Shown here: piece by piece, positions 21,707-30,623 of the stretch
How positions within the stretch are numbered: the stretch's first letter is position 1
Layout of the letters: each line of letters begins with the position of its first letter
NCBI GenBank assembly: GCA_963702425.1
Contig: CAVPCQ010000006.1
Span: 288,001 to 352,000 of the forward strand
DNA: 64,000 nucleotides
Reading direction: 5' to 3'
Source of the DNA: an uncultured Acidobacteriota bacterium
GTDB taxonomy: Bacteria; Acidobacteriota; Polarisedimenticolia; J045
Program-made: the position numbers and the translations under genes
The notes under the pieces: generated by a model
What the model saw: only the letters and a program-made list of their open reading frames with translations
What the model was told of the DNA's origin: nothing
Database searches by the model: none

Positions 21707-23422
21707 TCAGCTGTCGCCCTGCAGGTCGCGCATGATCACCCGCTTGAGCTGATCGCCCGTGGCGAAAACCTCCACCTTCGAGGCCTTGCGCAGCGCCGCT
21801 GCGTTCGCGGCGATGGTCTTCGCGAGCTGCTCGGCGTACACCTTGTCCGCAACGACTTTCTTGACCGCGTTGAGTTCCTGGATCTTCGTGGGGCGGCGGT
21901 CCCGGAGGACGATGACCTCGAACGGTCCGCTCGCCGTCGCCTCGTAGAAGCGGTAGTCGCCCGAATTGGCCCCCTTGATCGCCTTCTCCGCCGCGTCCGG
22001 GAGGGTCGAGGTCACGACCAGTCCCTTCGGGAAGGACAACTCGTCCTGCTTTTCCTTCGGAACGCGCCCGGGCGCGTTGGCCTTCACCCAGTTCCAGTCG
22101 GCTCCCTTCTGGAGCTTCGCAAACGCGTCCTGGGCCTCGGCCCGGCCGCTGAAGACGAGCGCCTCGAGCTGCACCATCTCCGGCGTCGTGTAGTCCGCCT
22201 TGTGCGCGTCGTAGTAGGCCTTCAGGTCGTCCTCGGTGATCTTCACCTCGGGCAGGATCGCCCGCTTGACGTACAGCTCGAACAGGATCTGGTCGCCGCC
22301 GCGAGCCACACGCTCCTTGAACTCCGGTGTGTCGTCGATCTTCAGGACCTTTGCCTCGAGCGGAACGACCCGCCGGTTGATCACATCGTCGAGAACCGGG
22401 GCCTTCTCCGTGTTGACGTGTTTGGTCGAGTCCGACAGGGCCCTGTCGACGCCGTGGAAGAAGCGCCGCTCCATCCCCTTTCCCAGGTCGCCGACCGTCA
22501 CCGGGGCCTCCCCCTTGATCGTGGCCAGTGGCCGGGTGTCCTTGACCAGCTCGGCAATCGCCCCCTTCTTCTCGAAGTCGAGGGAGGCGAGCAGCTTCTC
22601 GTCGACCTTGGCGTACTTCGCGCGCAGCGCCGCAGAGTACCGCTTGATCGCCTCCTCGCGCTGGGACTCGAGAGCCTTCTCGCGCGCCGCCTCCCGGGCT
22701 TCCGGGTTCTCCGGGTACGCCACGGCAACGAAGTGGACGAACGCCCAGTCCTTCTCGCTCTGCATGATCGGCCCGGTCTGGCCCGGCTTCAGCAGGCCGA
22801 GCAGCTTGGCCACGCCCGGCACCAGTTCCGTCGCCTTGACCGCCTGCGCGGCCTCCGTCCCCTTGGCCTTTCCTGCGGCCATCGCCTGCCTGGCGAGTTT
22901 GAAGAAGTCGCCGCCGGCCTTGATCCCGGTCTCGAACTCCAGGGCGTCGATCTGCTTGGGGAAGGCAACCGAACCGATCGTGTACACGCGCACCAGGTCC
23001 TCGTAGAACTTCTCCACGCGCGCCGGATCGGGCTTGATGTTCTTCGTCTCGCGCTCGATGAGGATGTCGCGCATCACCGAGCTTTCGACGTTGCCGATCG
23101 CCGCGAGGTACTCCTCCTGTTCGTCAAAACCCGCAGTTCGCGCCTCCTGCGCGATCAGTTTGGCGGTGATCATGCGCTCCAGCAGTGCCGACGGGTCCTG
23201 TCCCATCGGTGCCGCCAGATCCGCTTCCATGTGGATCTTGGCGAGCTGACGCTCGACGTCGGCCAGCGGGATCGGCTCGCCGTTGACGACCGCCACCGCC
23301 TCGACCCCGTTGACCACGGGCAGGGGGGCGGATTTTGGACGTACCGGCGCGGGGGGCGCCGCGAGCGCCGGGACGAGCGAACCGAGAAAGAGCAGGCCGA
23401 ACGGGACCGAAGCGCGTCTCAT
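21707..23422 (-). CDS. SurA/PrsA-like periplasmic chaperone with duplicated parvulin-type PPIase modules
   Basis: Signal peptide; VAVVNGEPI..LLERMITAKLIAQEA; second module ITEDDLKAYYDAHK..PEMVQL. Confidence 0.75.
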   Translation of the reverse strand: MRRASVPFGLLFLGSLVPALAAPPAPVRPKSAPLPVVNGVEAVAVVNGEPIPLADVERQLAKIHMEADLAAPMGQDPSALLERMITAKLIAQEARTAGFDEQEEYLAAIGNVESSVMRDILIERETKNIKPDPARVEKFYEDLVRVYTIGSVAFPKQIDALEFETGIKAGGDFFKLARQAMAAGKAKGTEAAQAVKATELVPGVAKLLGLLKPGQTGPIMQSEKDWAFVHFVAVAYPENPEAREAAREKALESQREEAIKRYSAALRAKYAKVDEKLLASLDFEKKGAIAELVKDTRPLATIKGEAPVTVGDLGKGMERRFFHGVDRALSDSTKHVNTEKAPVLDDVINRRVVPLEAKVLKIDDTPEFKERVARGGDQILFELYVKRAILPEVKITEDDLKAYYDAHKADYTTPEMVQLEALVFSGRAEAQDAFAKLQKGADWNWVKANAPGRVPKEKQDELSFPKGLVVTSTLPDAAEKAIKGANSGDYRFYEATASGPFEVIVLRDRRPTKIQELNAVKKVVADKVYAEQLAKTIAANAAALRKASKVEVFATGDQLKRVIMRDLQGDS

Positions 23423-23509
23423 GGAGGGTATCCCCTGCGCGGGGACCCCGTGGGACCCCGAAGATGAGAAGAAGATAACGGACGCGGAACGATCGCGCTG
23501 CCCCGGTGG

Positions 23510-24616
23510 TCAGCGCCGGGCGGCGGCGAAAACCCCCCGGAGCATCTCGTCCGCCAGCCGGTCGGCGGTCCGGATCTCGCCGATGTCGAACCAGAAGACG
23601 CGATCCAGGCCGGTCGCGTAGGAGAAGGCCACCCAGGTCACCTGGCGCCGCCTGGCGTCGATGCCCGTCGTCGTGAAACCGACTACGGGAGCGGCGTCGG
23701 GCGTCCCCGGATCGTCGAAGTCGAAGACGGTCCCGGTGACCACCAGGTCGACGTCGAGCAACCCCCGCAGCAGCTCGGCCTGGGCGTAGGTGAGCCCCCC
23801 CTCCTGGATCAGCCGCGTCTCGAGCAGCACGCGCCGCACCTCGCCCGGCTCGACGATCGTCAGTCCGGGAATCCCCACCAGTGCCGCGATGCTGCGATTG
23901 CAGACGATCTCGCCCGCCTGGCGCCGGATGCTGTCGTTGGAGAACGGGAGCACGGCGACGCGCAAGGGCTCGCCACCCAGCGGCTCGGCCTCGGGGGCGG
24001 CGTGGAAGGCGCGCGGTTGGAATCGCTTCTGGGGAGCACGTCCGGCGTGCGGCACGACTCCCGTCTGGATGAACGCGCCGAGCTCATCCACCAGGCGCTC
24101 GAGCGCCCGTGCGGTCAGGACGCCGGGGTCCTCGACCAGCTTCAGCTCGAGCAGCCCGGGCTTCTCCTCGCCGGCCAGCGCAAAGGCGGTCGCCCAGAGC
24201 ACCTGCACGCCGTCCGGGCCCGTCCCGACGAGACGCGCGGAGAGCCCGATCCGGGGCGGGCTCGCCCCTTCGAACATGTCGAGGTTCGTCACCAGCACCG
24301 CGTTCGTGCGCTGCTCCTCCCAGAGCGCGCGCCCCAGCCCGGCGTCCACTCCTCCGACCCAGCGCGTGCGCCGCGACGCGAGCGCCGCGCGGAGCGACTC
24401 CCCGTCGAGCAGCGTGATGCCCCGTGCCGCGAGCATTCCGGTGAGTACGGTGTGGATCTCGTCGACCGGGGCGCTGCCGCCGGAGAGATTGTCGATCGGC
24501 AGGACAGCGAGCCGCAGTTCGGCGAACGGGCGGGCGGGCGGAGCGGCAGCGGCTGCAGCCGGCGACGCCATCGGCAGCAGCGCCGCGGCGGCGAGCAGGC
24601 TTCCGGTCATGGCCAT
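23510..24616 (-). CDS. exported protein with two CsgG/TolB-N-like domains
   Basis: Two RLAVLPIDN / RVAVLPFSN starts, each followed by a DLVVTGTV-type strand; start codon uncertain. Confidence 0.65.
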   Translation of the reverse strand: MAMTGSLLAAAALLPMASPAAAAAAPPARPFAELRLAVLPIDNLSGGSAPVDEIHTVLTGMLAARGITLLDGESLRAALASRRTRWVGGVDAGLGRALWEEQRTNAVLVTNLDMFEGASPPRIGLSARLVGTGPDGVQVLWATAFALAGEEKPGLLELKLVEDPGVLTARALERLVDELGAFIQTGVVPHAGRAPQKRFQPRAFHAAPEAEPLGGEPLRVAVLPFSNDSIRRQAGEIVCNRSIAALVGIPGLTIVEPGEVRRVLLETRLIQEGGLTYAQAELLRGLLDVDLVVTGTVFDFDDPGTPDAAPVVGFTTTGIDARRRQVTWVAFSYATGLDRVFWFDIGEIRTADRLADEMLRGVFAAARR

Positions 24617-24651
24617 CCAACGGCGCACGGCACTCGCTCCCGACCTGCCCG

Positions 24652-25278
24652 TTACTGGTAGATCTGGTCGATCAGGTCGCGCAGGGCATCCTCGGTGACG
24701 AGCTCCATCGGCTCGCCGCCGCCGCCGAAGAAGCGGTCGCTGGCGGTCACGCCGCCGGCGGTCGAGGACCCGCTCCAGACCACCTTTCCGCTCTCGGTCG
24801 CGAAGATCTTGACGCCGATCGCGATCGCGTTCGCGGTACTGTTGCCGGAGCGCACCTGGCCGTACTCCCTGACCACGCCGGTGACGACGACGTCGGCCTT
24901 CACCGCCGAGCCGACCGCGGTCACTTCCTCCGGGGAGGGCTCGTCGTTGCGGGCGACGCGGGAGCGGCCCAGCGCCTTCGCGACCTCGCCGGGCGGTACG
25001 ACGTAGACCGCGCCGGTCGCCTGCAGCATCGTGCTGAAGACGTCGCGCACCCGCTCGCCGGCCTTGTCGTCCGAGGTCAGGTTCGCGAACGGCATGACGG
25101 CGACCGTCTGGACCAGGCTGAGGTCGATCTCCGGGTCCTTGTAGGTCGAGTTCAGCCCGCGGGTGGTGCCGCACCCTGCCGCCGCGCCGACCAGCACGAC
25201 GGCGATGAGGACGACGACAGCCAGGAGCGTGGTGCTCCGGGGATCCGCGGGTCGGCTGGCCCTGTCCTTGCGATTCAT
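24652..25278 (-). CDS. CsgG-like (DUF799-type) outer-membrane lipoprotein
   Basis: Lipobox AAGC; TVAVMPFANLT, ADVVVTGVVREYG, SGKVVWS. Confidence 0.7.
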   Translation of the reverse strand: MNRKDRASRPADPRSTTLLAVVVLIAVVLVGAAAGCGTTRGLNSTYKDPEIDLSLVQTVAVMPFANLTSDDKAGERVRDVFSTMLQATGAVYVVPPGEVAKALGRSRVARNDEPSPEEVTAVGSAVKADVVVTGVVREYGQVRSGNSTANAIAIGVKIFATESGKVVWSGSSTAGGVTASDRFFGGGGEPMELVTEDALRDLIDQIYQ

Positions 25279-25291
25279 GGCGATCACCCCT

Positions 25292-27538
25292 TTAGAATCC
25301 CACTCGCAGCGTGGCCGCGAGCGTCTCGCGGTCGAACCGCTGCAGGATCGATTCCGTCTCGAACGACTCCCAGTACACCTCGAGGTACGAGATCGGATTG
25401 AAATACCAGCGCACGCCCGGCCCGTAGATCCGGGACTGGCTTTGAAGCAGCGTGTCGGAGAACTCCTCGTAGCGCAACGAGAGCCGGAGCGTACCCAGCG
25501 GGAAGGGCGACCAGTTGAGCGAGGTCGTCGTCAGCCGGCGGGGCTCCGGGACCTCGCTGGACTTCTCGATGCGATAGGATCCGAAGAAGTAGATCGACGG
25601 GACGGGCGTCCACGACAGCGAGATCTCCGAAGCGTCGAGGAAGGTGTTGCCCGCGTCGGCGATCCCACCTTTTTGATCGTTTCGCGTCCTGTCGTACCCC
25701 AGGAAGACGCTCAATGTCGGGTTCGGCAACAGTTCCAGTGCCACCCGCCCGGTCTGGCTGTCGACGGTTGAGCCGGGCAGGAGCTGACCGTTGCGGGCGG
25801 TGCCCGGCAGGAAGTCGGTCTGCGCGAGCCCTCCACCGAACTGCAGGTTGATCCCGGTGTAGAGGTTGGCCGTCGCGTTGAGGAAGAGGGACTTGTTGTC
25901 CTGGTCGAGGCCGTACTGGTAGCGCTCGCGCGAGCCGCTCGCGGTCAGGGTGGCGGAGAACGTGGGGATCGGCGTCGCCGTCGCGGCGGCGCCCCAGAGG
26001 GTCGCCGTGCGGCGCCCGTACACGGAACGGCCGGTCTCGTAGCCGACCCGGCCGTTGACGATCCACGCCGGATTGAAGCGATAGGCGAGCGAGAGAATGT
26101 TCGAAAGCGTGTCGCTGGCCAGCCGGCCGTCCGGAATGTTGGCGACGTAGGTCAGGTCGTAGGTCAGGCTCGGTTTCTCGAGCAGCAGGACCTGGGCGCC
26201 GGCGTAGATCCGCTGGTCGGTGGACGAGCTCTCGACCGAGTTGCCGGTCACCTCGCGGAACAGGAGCGCCTCCAGTTCCGTGACCTCGATCACCCGGTAG
26301 TCCTGCGCGTTCGGCGCCCCGGCTGCGAGTGGCGCCACGACGACCTTCAGGTAGCGCGCAGCGATCGCCGCGAAGCGCAGCTCGAAGTAGTGCTCGAAGG
26401 GCGCGAACGGGGCCGATCCCAGCGTCCGCTGCCGGGTCCAGCGCACGTTGTCCGAGCTGCTCCAGACCTCCCAGGTGAAGGTCCGCGAGATCTCGATCGG
26501 CAGGTCGCGGTCGACCCACACCCGAAACGAGCTGACCGCGCGAGGGATCTCGAAATCGAGCCCGATGTTGCGCAGGCGGCGGTCATCCGATGCGGGGGGA
26601 AGGCCCAGGTTGATCCCGGCCGCCGCTTCCCGGTTGCCGTCGATCAGGGCGGGATTCGGGGTCAGGGTGACGTTCGCCGGGAGATCGCTCAGCGCGGAGA
26701 GGCCACGGATCGCGATCACCGGCAGCTCGATCTCCCCCTGCCCCTGGGCGCGCGACTCGACCTGCCGCACCGAGACGTCGTAGCTGGCGGCGAGCGACAA
26801 CCGACCGCCCCAATAGCTGTCGCCGTAGAGCACTCGCGCGGCCTGGTTGAAGCTGTCGATCTCGGTCTCCCGCAGCTGGTCGTCCAGCCAGTTCCAGGAG
26901 CCGCGGTAGTTCAGCGTGAGCGGGTCGATCGGCCGGTAGTTGGCGTTGACGAGGAAGCGGTCGGTCTGCTGATCCAGCAGCTGCCGCTGGTCATCGCGGT
27001 CGTCGGTCCGGAAGTACGAAACGCGCACGAAGCTGGCTGGCTCCGGGTACCAGCCGAGCGAGATGCCGTAGGCGTCGCGGACCAGGGACCGCGTCGGGCC
27101 TCCGCCCGAGCTGGCCCGCGACTCGTTGCGCTGCCAGCCGATCTCCGCGATGTTGGTCGGGGTCTGCCAGGTCAGCGTGACGTAGGGGAGCAGCCTCGCC
27201 AAGGTCCCGGAGGTGGCGATGTCGGCCACTTCCGCCCGGCCGTGCTGCTGCTCGAACAGTCCCCCGACCTGCAGCGAGATGTTGGGCCACAGCTGCTGCT
27301 GGTAGGTGAAGCTGAGGCGCCCGAGCCAGCTGCGCGTCTGCGTCGTCGAGGCCGGAAAGGGATAGACCTCGTTCGTTTCGTCGACGCGGGTCGGCAGGAT
27401 CTCCACGTAACCGTTGAGGCTCTGGGCGCGGGCGGCGGGCGCCAGGAGCAGCAGCAGGCCGAGCAGCGCCCCGCAGGACGCCAGCGTTCGCGGACCGCGG
27501 GGGCCCCCGTCCGCGCCGGCCGGGCGGCGCTCGCTCAT
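25292..27538 (-). CDS. outer-membrane beta-barrel with an inserted discoidin/F5-8C-like domain
   Basis: Signal peptide, alternating aromatic beta-strands, C-terminal Phe (RVGF); internal WEVWSSSDNVRW..ARYLKVVV..TELEA domain. Confidence 0.75.
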   Translation of the reverse strand: MSERRPAGADGGPRGPRTLASCGALLGLLLLLAPAARAQSLNGYVEILPTRVDETNEVYPFPASTTQTRSWLGRLSFTYQQQLWPNISLQVGGLFEQQHGRAEVADIATSGTLARLLPYVTLTWQTPTNIAEIGWQRNESRASSGGGPTRSLVRDAYGISLGWYPEPASFVRVSYFRTDDRDDQRQLLDQQTDRFLVNANYRPIDPLTLNYRGSWNWLDDQLRETEIDSFNQAARVLYGDSYWGGRLSLAASYDVSVRQVESRAQGQGEIELPVIAIRGLSALSDLPANVTLTPNPALIDGNREAAAGINLGLPPASDDRRLRNIGLDFEIPRAVSSFRVWVDRDLPIEISRTFTWEVWSSSDNVRWTRQRTLGSAPFAPFEHYFELRFAAIAARYLKVVVAPLAAGAPNAQDYRVIEVTELEALLFREVTGNSVESSSTDQRIYAGAQVLLLEKPSLTYDLTYVANIPDGRLASDTLSNILSLAYRFNPAWIVNGRVGYETGRSVYGRRTATLWGAAATATPIPTFSATLTASGSRERYQYGLDQDNKSLFLNATANLYTGINLQFGGGLAQTDFLPGTARNGQLLPGSTVDSQTGRVALELLPNPTLSVFLGYDRTRNDQKGGIADAGNTFLDASEISLSWTPVPSIYFFGSYRIEKSSEVPEPRRLTTTSLNWSPFPLGTLRLSLRYEEFSDTLLQSQSRIYGPGVRWYFNPISYLEVYWESFETESILQRFDRETLAATLRVGF

Positions 27539-28944
27539 CGCTCTCCGGACAGTGCGACGAACCGCACGCCGGCGCCGGTCGTGACGACACCCTCGATGGA
27601 ACGCGACACGGGGCTGACGCGGACGATCTCTCCCGCTCTCGGCAACACGGCGACGAGATTGGCGAGCTCGCGGTCGATGGTCAGGTAGGCGACGTCGCCC
27701 GGCACCGGCAGGCGCTCGATCGCCAGCAGCGAGAAGGGATCGAACACCTCGATCGCCCCGGTCCCCCGGCGGGCGATGTAGATCCGGTCCGTTGCCGCAT
27801 CGACGCGGAGCGCCGACTGCCCGGGACCGACGAACGGGCGCTGGATGGCGGCCAGCGTCGCCAGGTCCCCGACGAGCACGTAGGGCGACCCTTCCTGGGC
27901 CACGTAGAGCCGATCCTGGGCGCGATTGAGCTGGACGCGGAACGGACCGGGATCGGTCGGGATCGCCCCCGCCGTCCGGCGCGATGCGACATCGAGCAGC
28001 ACGACCTGGTTGGCCAGGCGGCACGGGACGAACGCGCGCCTCCCCTGTCGATCGAGCAGCACGGCCACCGGCGACTCGCCCACCACCGCGCGCCCGATCT
28101 CCGCCAGGCCCTGCGTGGAGACGAAGGCGACGCTCGACGAGCCCTCGTTGGCGACGACGAGGGTCGTGCCGTCCGGTGTCAGCGCGAGGTCGACCGGGTG
28201 GTCCCCTCCCCGCAGCGGGCGGCGGTCGACGATCGTCCCCTGCTCGAGGTCGATCGCCACCAGCGCGTCGTCGCCGGAGACGGCGACGTAGGCCCGCTGC
28301 CGCGCGCTGTCGATGGCGAGCCCCACCGGCCGCGCCCCGACGGCGGTGATGCCGACGACCCGTCCGCTGCGCCGGTCGAAGGCCAGCACGATCCCGTCGT
28401 CGGTCAGCGTCGCGAGCCCGATCAGGCCGGTCGGTGGCCGGGCTGGGATCGCGGCGCGGAAGGCTGGAACGAAGAGGAACCCGTCGGCCAGCGCGGCCTT
28501 GAGATCCAGCGCGAAATCGACGACCAGCCCGCGGCGTTCCGTGATCGTGAACGGCAGCTCGACCCGGGTCGGGGTCTCGGGGACCCGCAGGTCGGAGGGG
28601 CCGTCCGGGCCGGTCAGGCTCGCTGCGGTCGCCGTCACCTCGAATCCCGTATACCTCCCGGGGGGGATCGAACCGGCCGCGATCAGCCGCTCGTGCCGCG
28701 GCCCCTCGCGCTCGACCTCGGGGTCCAGCAGCCGGAGCGGCACGATCCCGCCGTCCTCGCGCACGGCGCTGATCCCGCCGAGGCGGGCCCGCAGCCCCTG
28801 CGTCCCCCCCGGAGAGGGGTCGGCGTAGATCACGAGCGGGGCGGCGGAGGGATCGAACGCCGAGGTCGCCGGGACCCGGGCCGGCGTGGCACACCCGGCG
28901 GACAGGCAGACGGCGAGCGCGAGGACGATCCACCTGGAGTGCAT
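27535..28944 (-). CDS. YVTN/YncE-type beta-propeller lipoprotein with N-terminal domain
   Basis: Lipobox SAGC; repeats GARPVGLAID..RAYVA, GDHPVDLALTPDG..LVVAN, GESPVAV. Confidence 0.8.
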   Translation of the reverse strand: MHSRWIVLALAVCLSAGCATPARVPATSAFDPSAAPLVIYADPSPGGTQGLRARLGGISAVREDGGIVPLRLLDPEVEREGPRHERLIAAGSIPPGRYTGFEVTATAASLTGPDGPSDLRVPETPTRVELPFTITERRGLVVDFALDLKAALADGFLFVPAFRAAIPARPPTGLIGLATLTDDGIVLAFDRRSGRVVGITAVGARPVGLAIDSARQRAYVAVSGDDALVAIDLEQGTIVDRRPLRGGDHPVDLALTPDGTTLVVANEGSSSVAFVSTQGLAEIGRAVVGESPVAVLLDRQGRRAFVPCRLANQVVLLDVASRRTAGAIPTDPGPFRVQLNRAQDRLYVAQEGSPYVLVGDLATLAAIQRPFVGPGQSALRVDAATDRIYIARRGTGAIEVFDPFSLLAIERLPVPGDVAYLTIDRELANLVAVLPRAGEIVRVSPVSRSIEGVVTTGAGVRFVALSGER

Positions 28945-29012
28945 CTCGGCCTTCCCTGCCCGAAGGGCGCCGGCGGGCCACGGCTGCGAAGGGCGCGGGG
29001 ATCTTAGCAGAC

Positions 29013-29040
29013 GAGGGGGCTGGCTTGCGCCAGCCCCCTC
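29013..29040 (-). other. perfect 12-bp hairpin 3' of the omcS-like gene
   Basis: GAGGGGGCTGGC-GCAA-GCCAGCCCCCTC on the minus strand; no U-tract follows. Confidence 0.7.
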
Positions 29041-29071
29041 CAACCATCACGCGACGGGTGACTCCGTCACG

Positions 29072-30421
29072 CTAGTCCTGAGCGTGGCACTTGTTGCAGA
29101 GCACGCGGTCGTACGGACCGAAGTGCGTGGAGGCATCGCGGCCGTAGTACGCGACCTGCCAGTTGGCGATCGTCCGGCCGCGGGACTGGGCCGGGCCACG
29201 ACCGGTCGTGCCGATCGTCGGGTTGTCCGAACCGGGGTAGTTCCCGCCCTTGGTCATGAACTCGTAGCCGTAGTCCCAGCGCAGATCCTCGACGAAGCCG
29301 GAGGCGTGGGCGCGGTGGCAGGAGAGGCACATGACCTCGGCACCCGCTCCGGGGCCGCTGAGGAAGCTGTCGTTGATCTGGGCGTGCGACGCCAGCACCG
29401 CGATCGACGAAGTCGCCTCGGCGAACGGAACGAGGGTGCTGTAGGCCAGGGTGCTGTTGCCGTTGAGCCGGCCGGAGGAGACGTACGCGTTGTAGTTGGT
29501 CGCTTCGGAACCGGTCGACGAACCGACGGGGCCGACGCCGAGGGCCTCGCCCGTCGGGTGGTGCTCGTCGTCGCCGCCGGCGACGTTGAAGTCACCGTGG
29601 CAGGCGCCGCACCAGGTGCCCCAGTCGTTCGCCGAACCGGCGCCGCCGTAGGCCACGCGGGTCTGGTCGGTGTTCTCGTTGCGGTTGTAGGTCGACGGGG
29701 AGACCGCGACCGGGTAGCTGGTGTAGTTCGCACCAGCCGGCGGGTTCGGCGACGCCGGGGCCCACAGCAGGCGGTAGATGCCGACGGCGAGACCGGTCGG
29801 GGCGCCCTGGTTCTCCTGGCCGCCGCCGCCGTAGGTGTTGGCCTTCGGGACCGCGCCGTAGGAGCCGGAGGTGTAGATCGGCTCGCCGCTGCCCGTGCCG
29901 CCGAAGCCGCCGACGCCGTTGTTGTACAGCTGCCGGCCCTTGCCGTGCGGGTCGTGGCAGCTCTGGCAGCCGAGGACCGACGCGTCGAAGGTGCCGCCCG
30001 GGCCGTACGGCCGACGGGTGTCCGGCGCGAAGCCGAAGTCGGAGGCCACGATGCTGTGGCCGCGGGTGTAGCCGGGCTCGCTGTAGTTGGTCCCGCTGAG
30101 CACCCACGTGAAGTCGACCTTCAGCCAGCCGAAGTCGCCGCCCGGCGTCATCTGGACGGGCATCTTGGTCGTGGAGGCGTCGAGCGTGGCCACGTGGTAG
30201 CTGCTCGGTGCAGTGTCCACCGTGTTGCCGTGGCAGGACGGGTTGATGCAGGTCGAGCTGGCGTCACCGCCGAGCAGCAGGTTGCCGTCGGTCGAGGTCG
30301 CCTCGTGCATGCTGTGGCAGCCTTCGCACTCGGCAACGCCGCCGGAATGGAACGCGAACGCGTTCAGGCCGACTGCCGCGAGAAGCACCGCCAGTACTAC
30401 GATGATCCGGTTCCGCTTCAT
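29072..30421 (-). CDS. omcS: OmcS-family hexaheme c-type cytochrome (nanowire subunit candidate)
   Basis: Mature N-terminus FHSGGVAECEGCHSMH; PSSYH, QMTPGGDFGW, CHDPHGK, PSTYNR, TRVAYG, CLSCHRAHASGF, AYYGR and terminal LCNKCHAQD all recall Geobacter OmcS. Confidence 0.9.
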   Translation of the reverse strand: MKRNRIIVVLAVLLAAVGLNAFAFHSGGVAECEGCHSMHEATSTDGNLLLGGDASSTCINPSCHGNTVDTAPSSYHVATLDASTTKMPVQMTPGGDFGWLKVDFTWVLSGTNYSEPGYTRGHSIVASDFGFAPDTRRPYGPGGTFDASVLGCQSCHDPHGKGRQLYNNGVGGFGGTGSGEPIYTSGSYGAVPKANTYGGGGQENQGAPTGLAVGIYRLLWAPASPNPPAGANYTSYPVAVSPSTYNRNENTDQTRVAYGGAGSANDWGTWCGACHGDFNVAGGDDEHHPTGEALGVGPVGSSTGSEATNYNAYVSSGRLNGNSTLAYSTLVPFAEATSSIAVLASHAQINDSFLSGPGAGAEVMCLSCHRAHASGFVEDLRWDYGYEFMTKGGNYPGSDNPTIGTTGRGPAQSRGRTIANWQVAYYGRDASTHFGPYDRVLCNKCHAQD

Positions 30422-30437
30422 TTCTCACTCCTCCTTT

Positions 30438-30522
30438 CCCCCGGCAGCCCGGCCATCCTGACCATTCAGGACCCTCGGCTTTGTGTCCCCGTCTTGCGGC
30501 GGGTTTACCTTTCTCGGAGGGG
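30438..30522 (-). ncRNA. cyclic-di-GMP-I (GEMM-I) riboswitch in the omcS leader
   Basis: AAAGGTAAA-CCCGCC-GCAA-GACGGG-GACACAAAGCC..TCCTGA-ATGG-TCAGGA..GGCCGGGCTGCCG. Conserved GAC, AAAG and GNRA loop, covarying T-A pair, P1 CCTCCG/CGGGGG. Confidence 0.85.
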
Positions 30523-30623
30523 CGCTTGCGTTGGTTACATCTCGTACCCTGAAACCCCTGTTCTCTTCGTGTTCCGTTTCCTCTGCGGCACGCCGGCCTG
30601 CCGTCCCTCCTTCTCTCCCGGAG

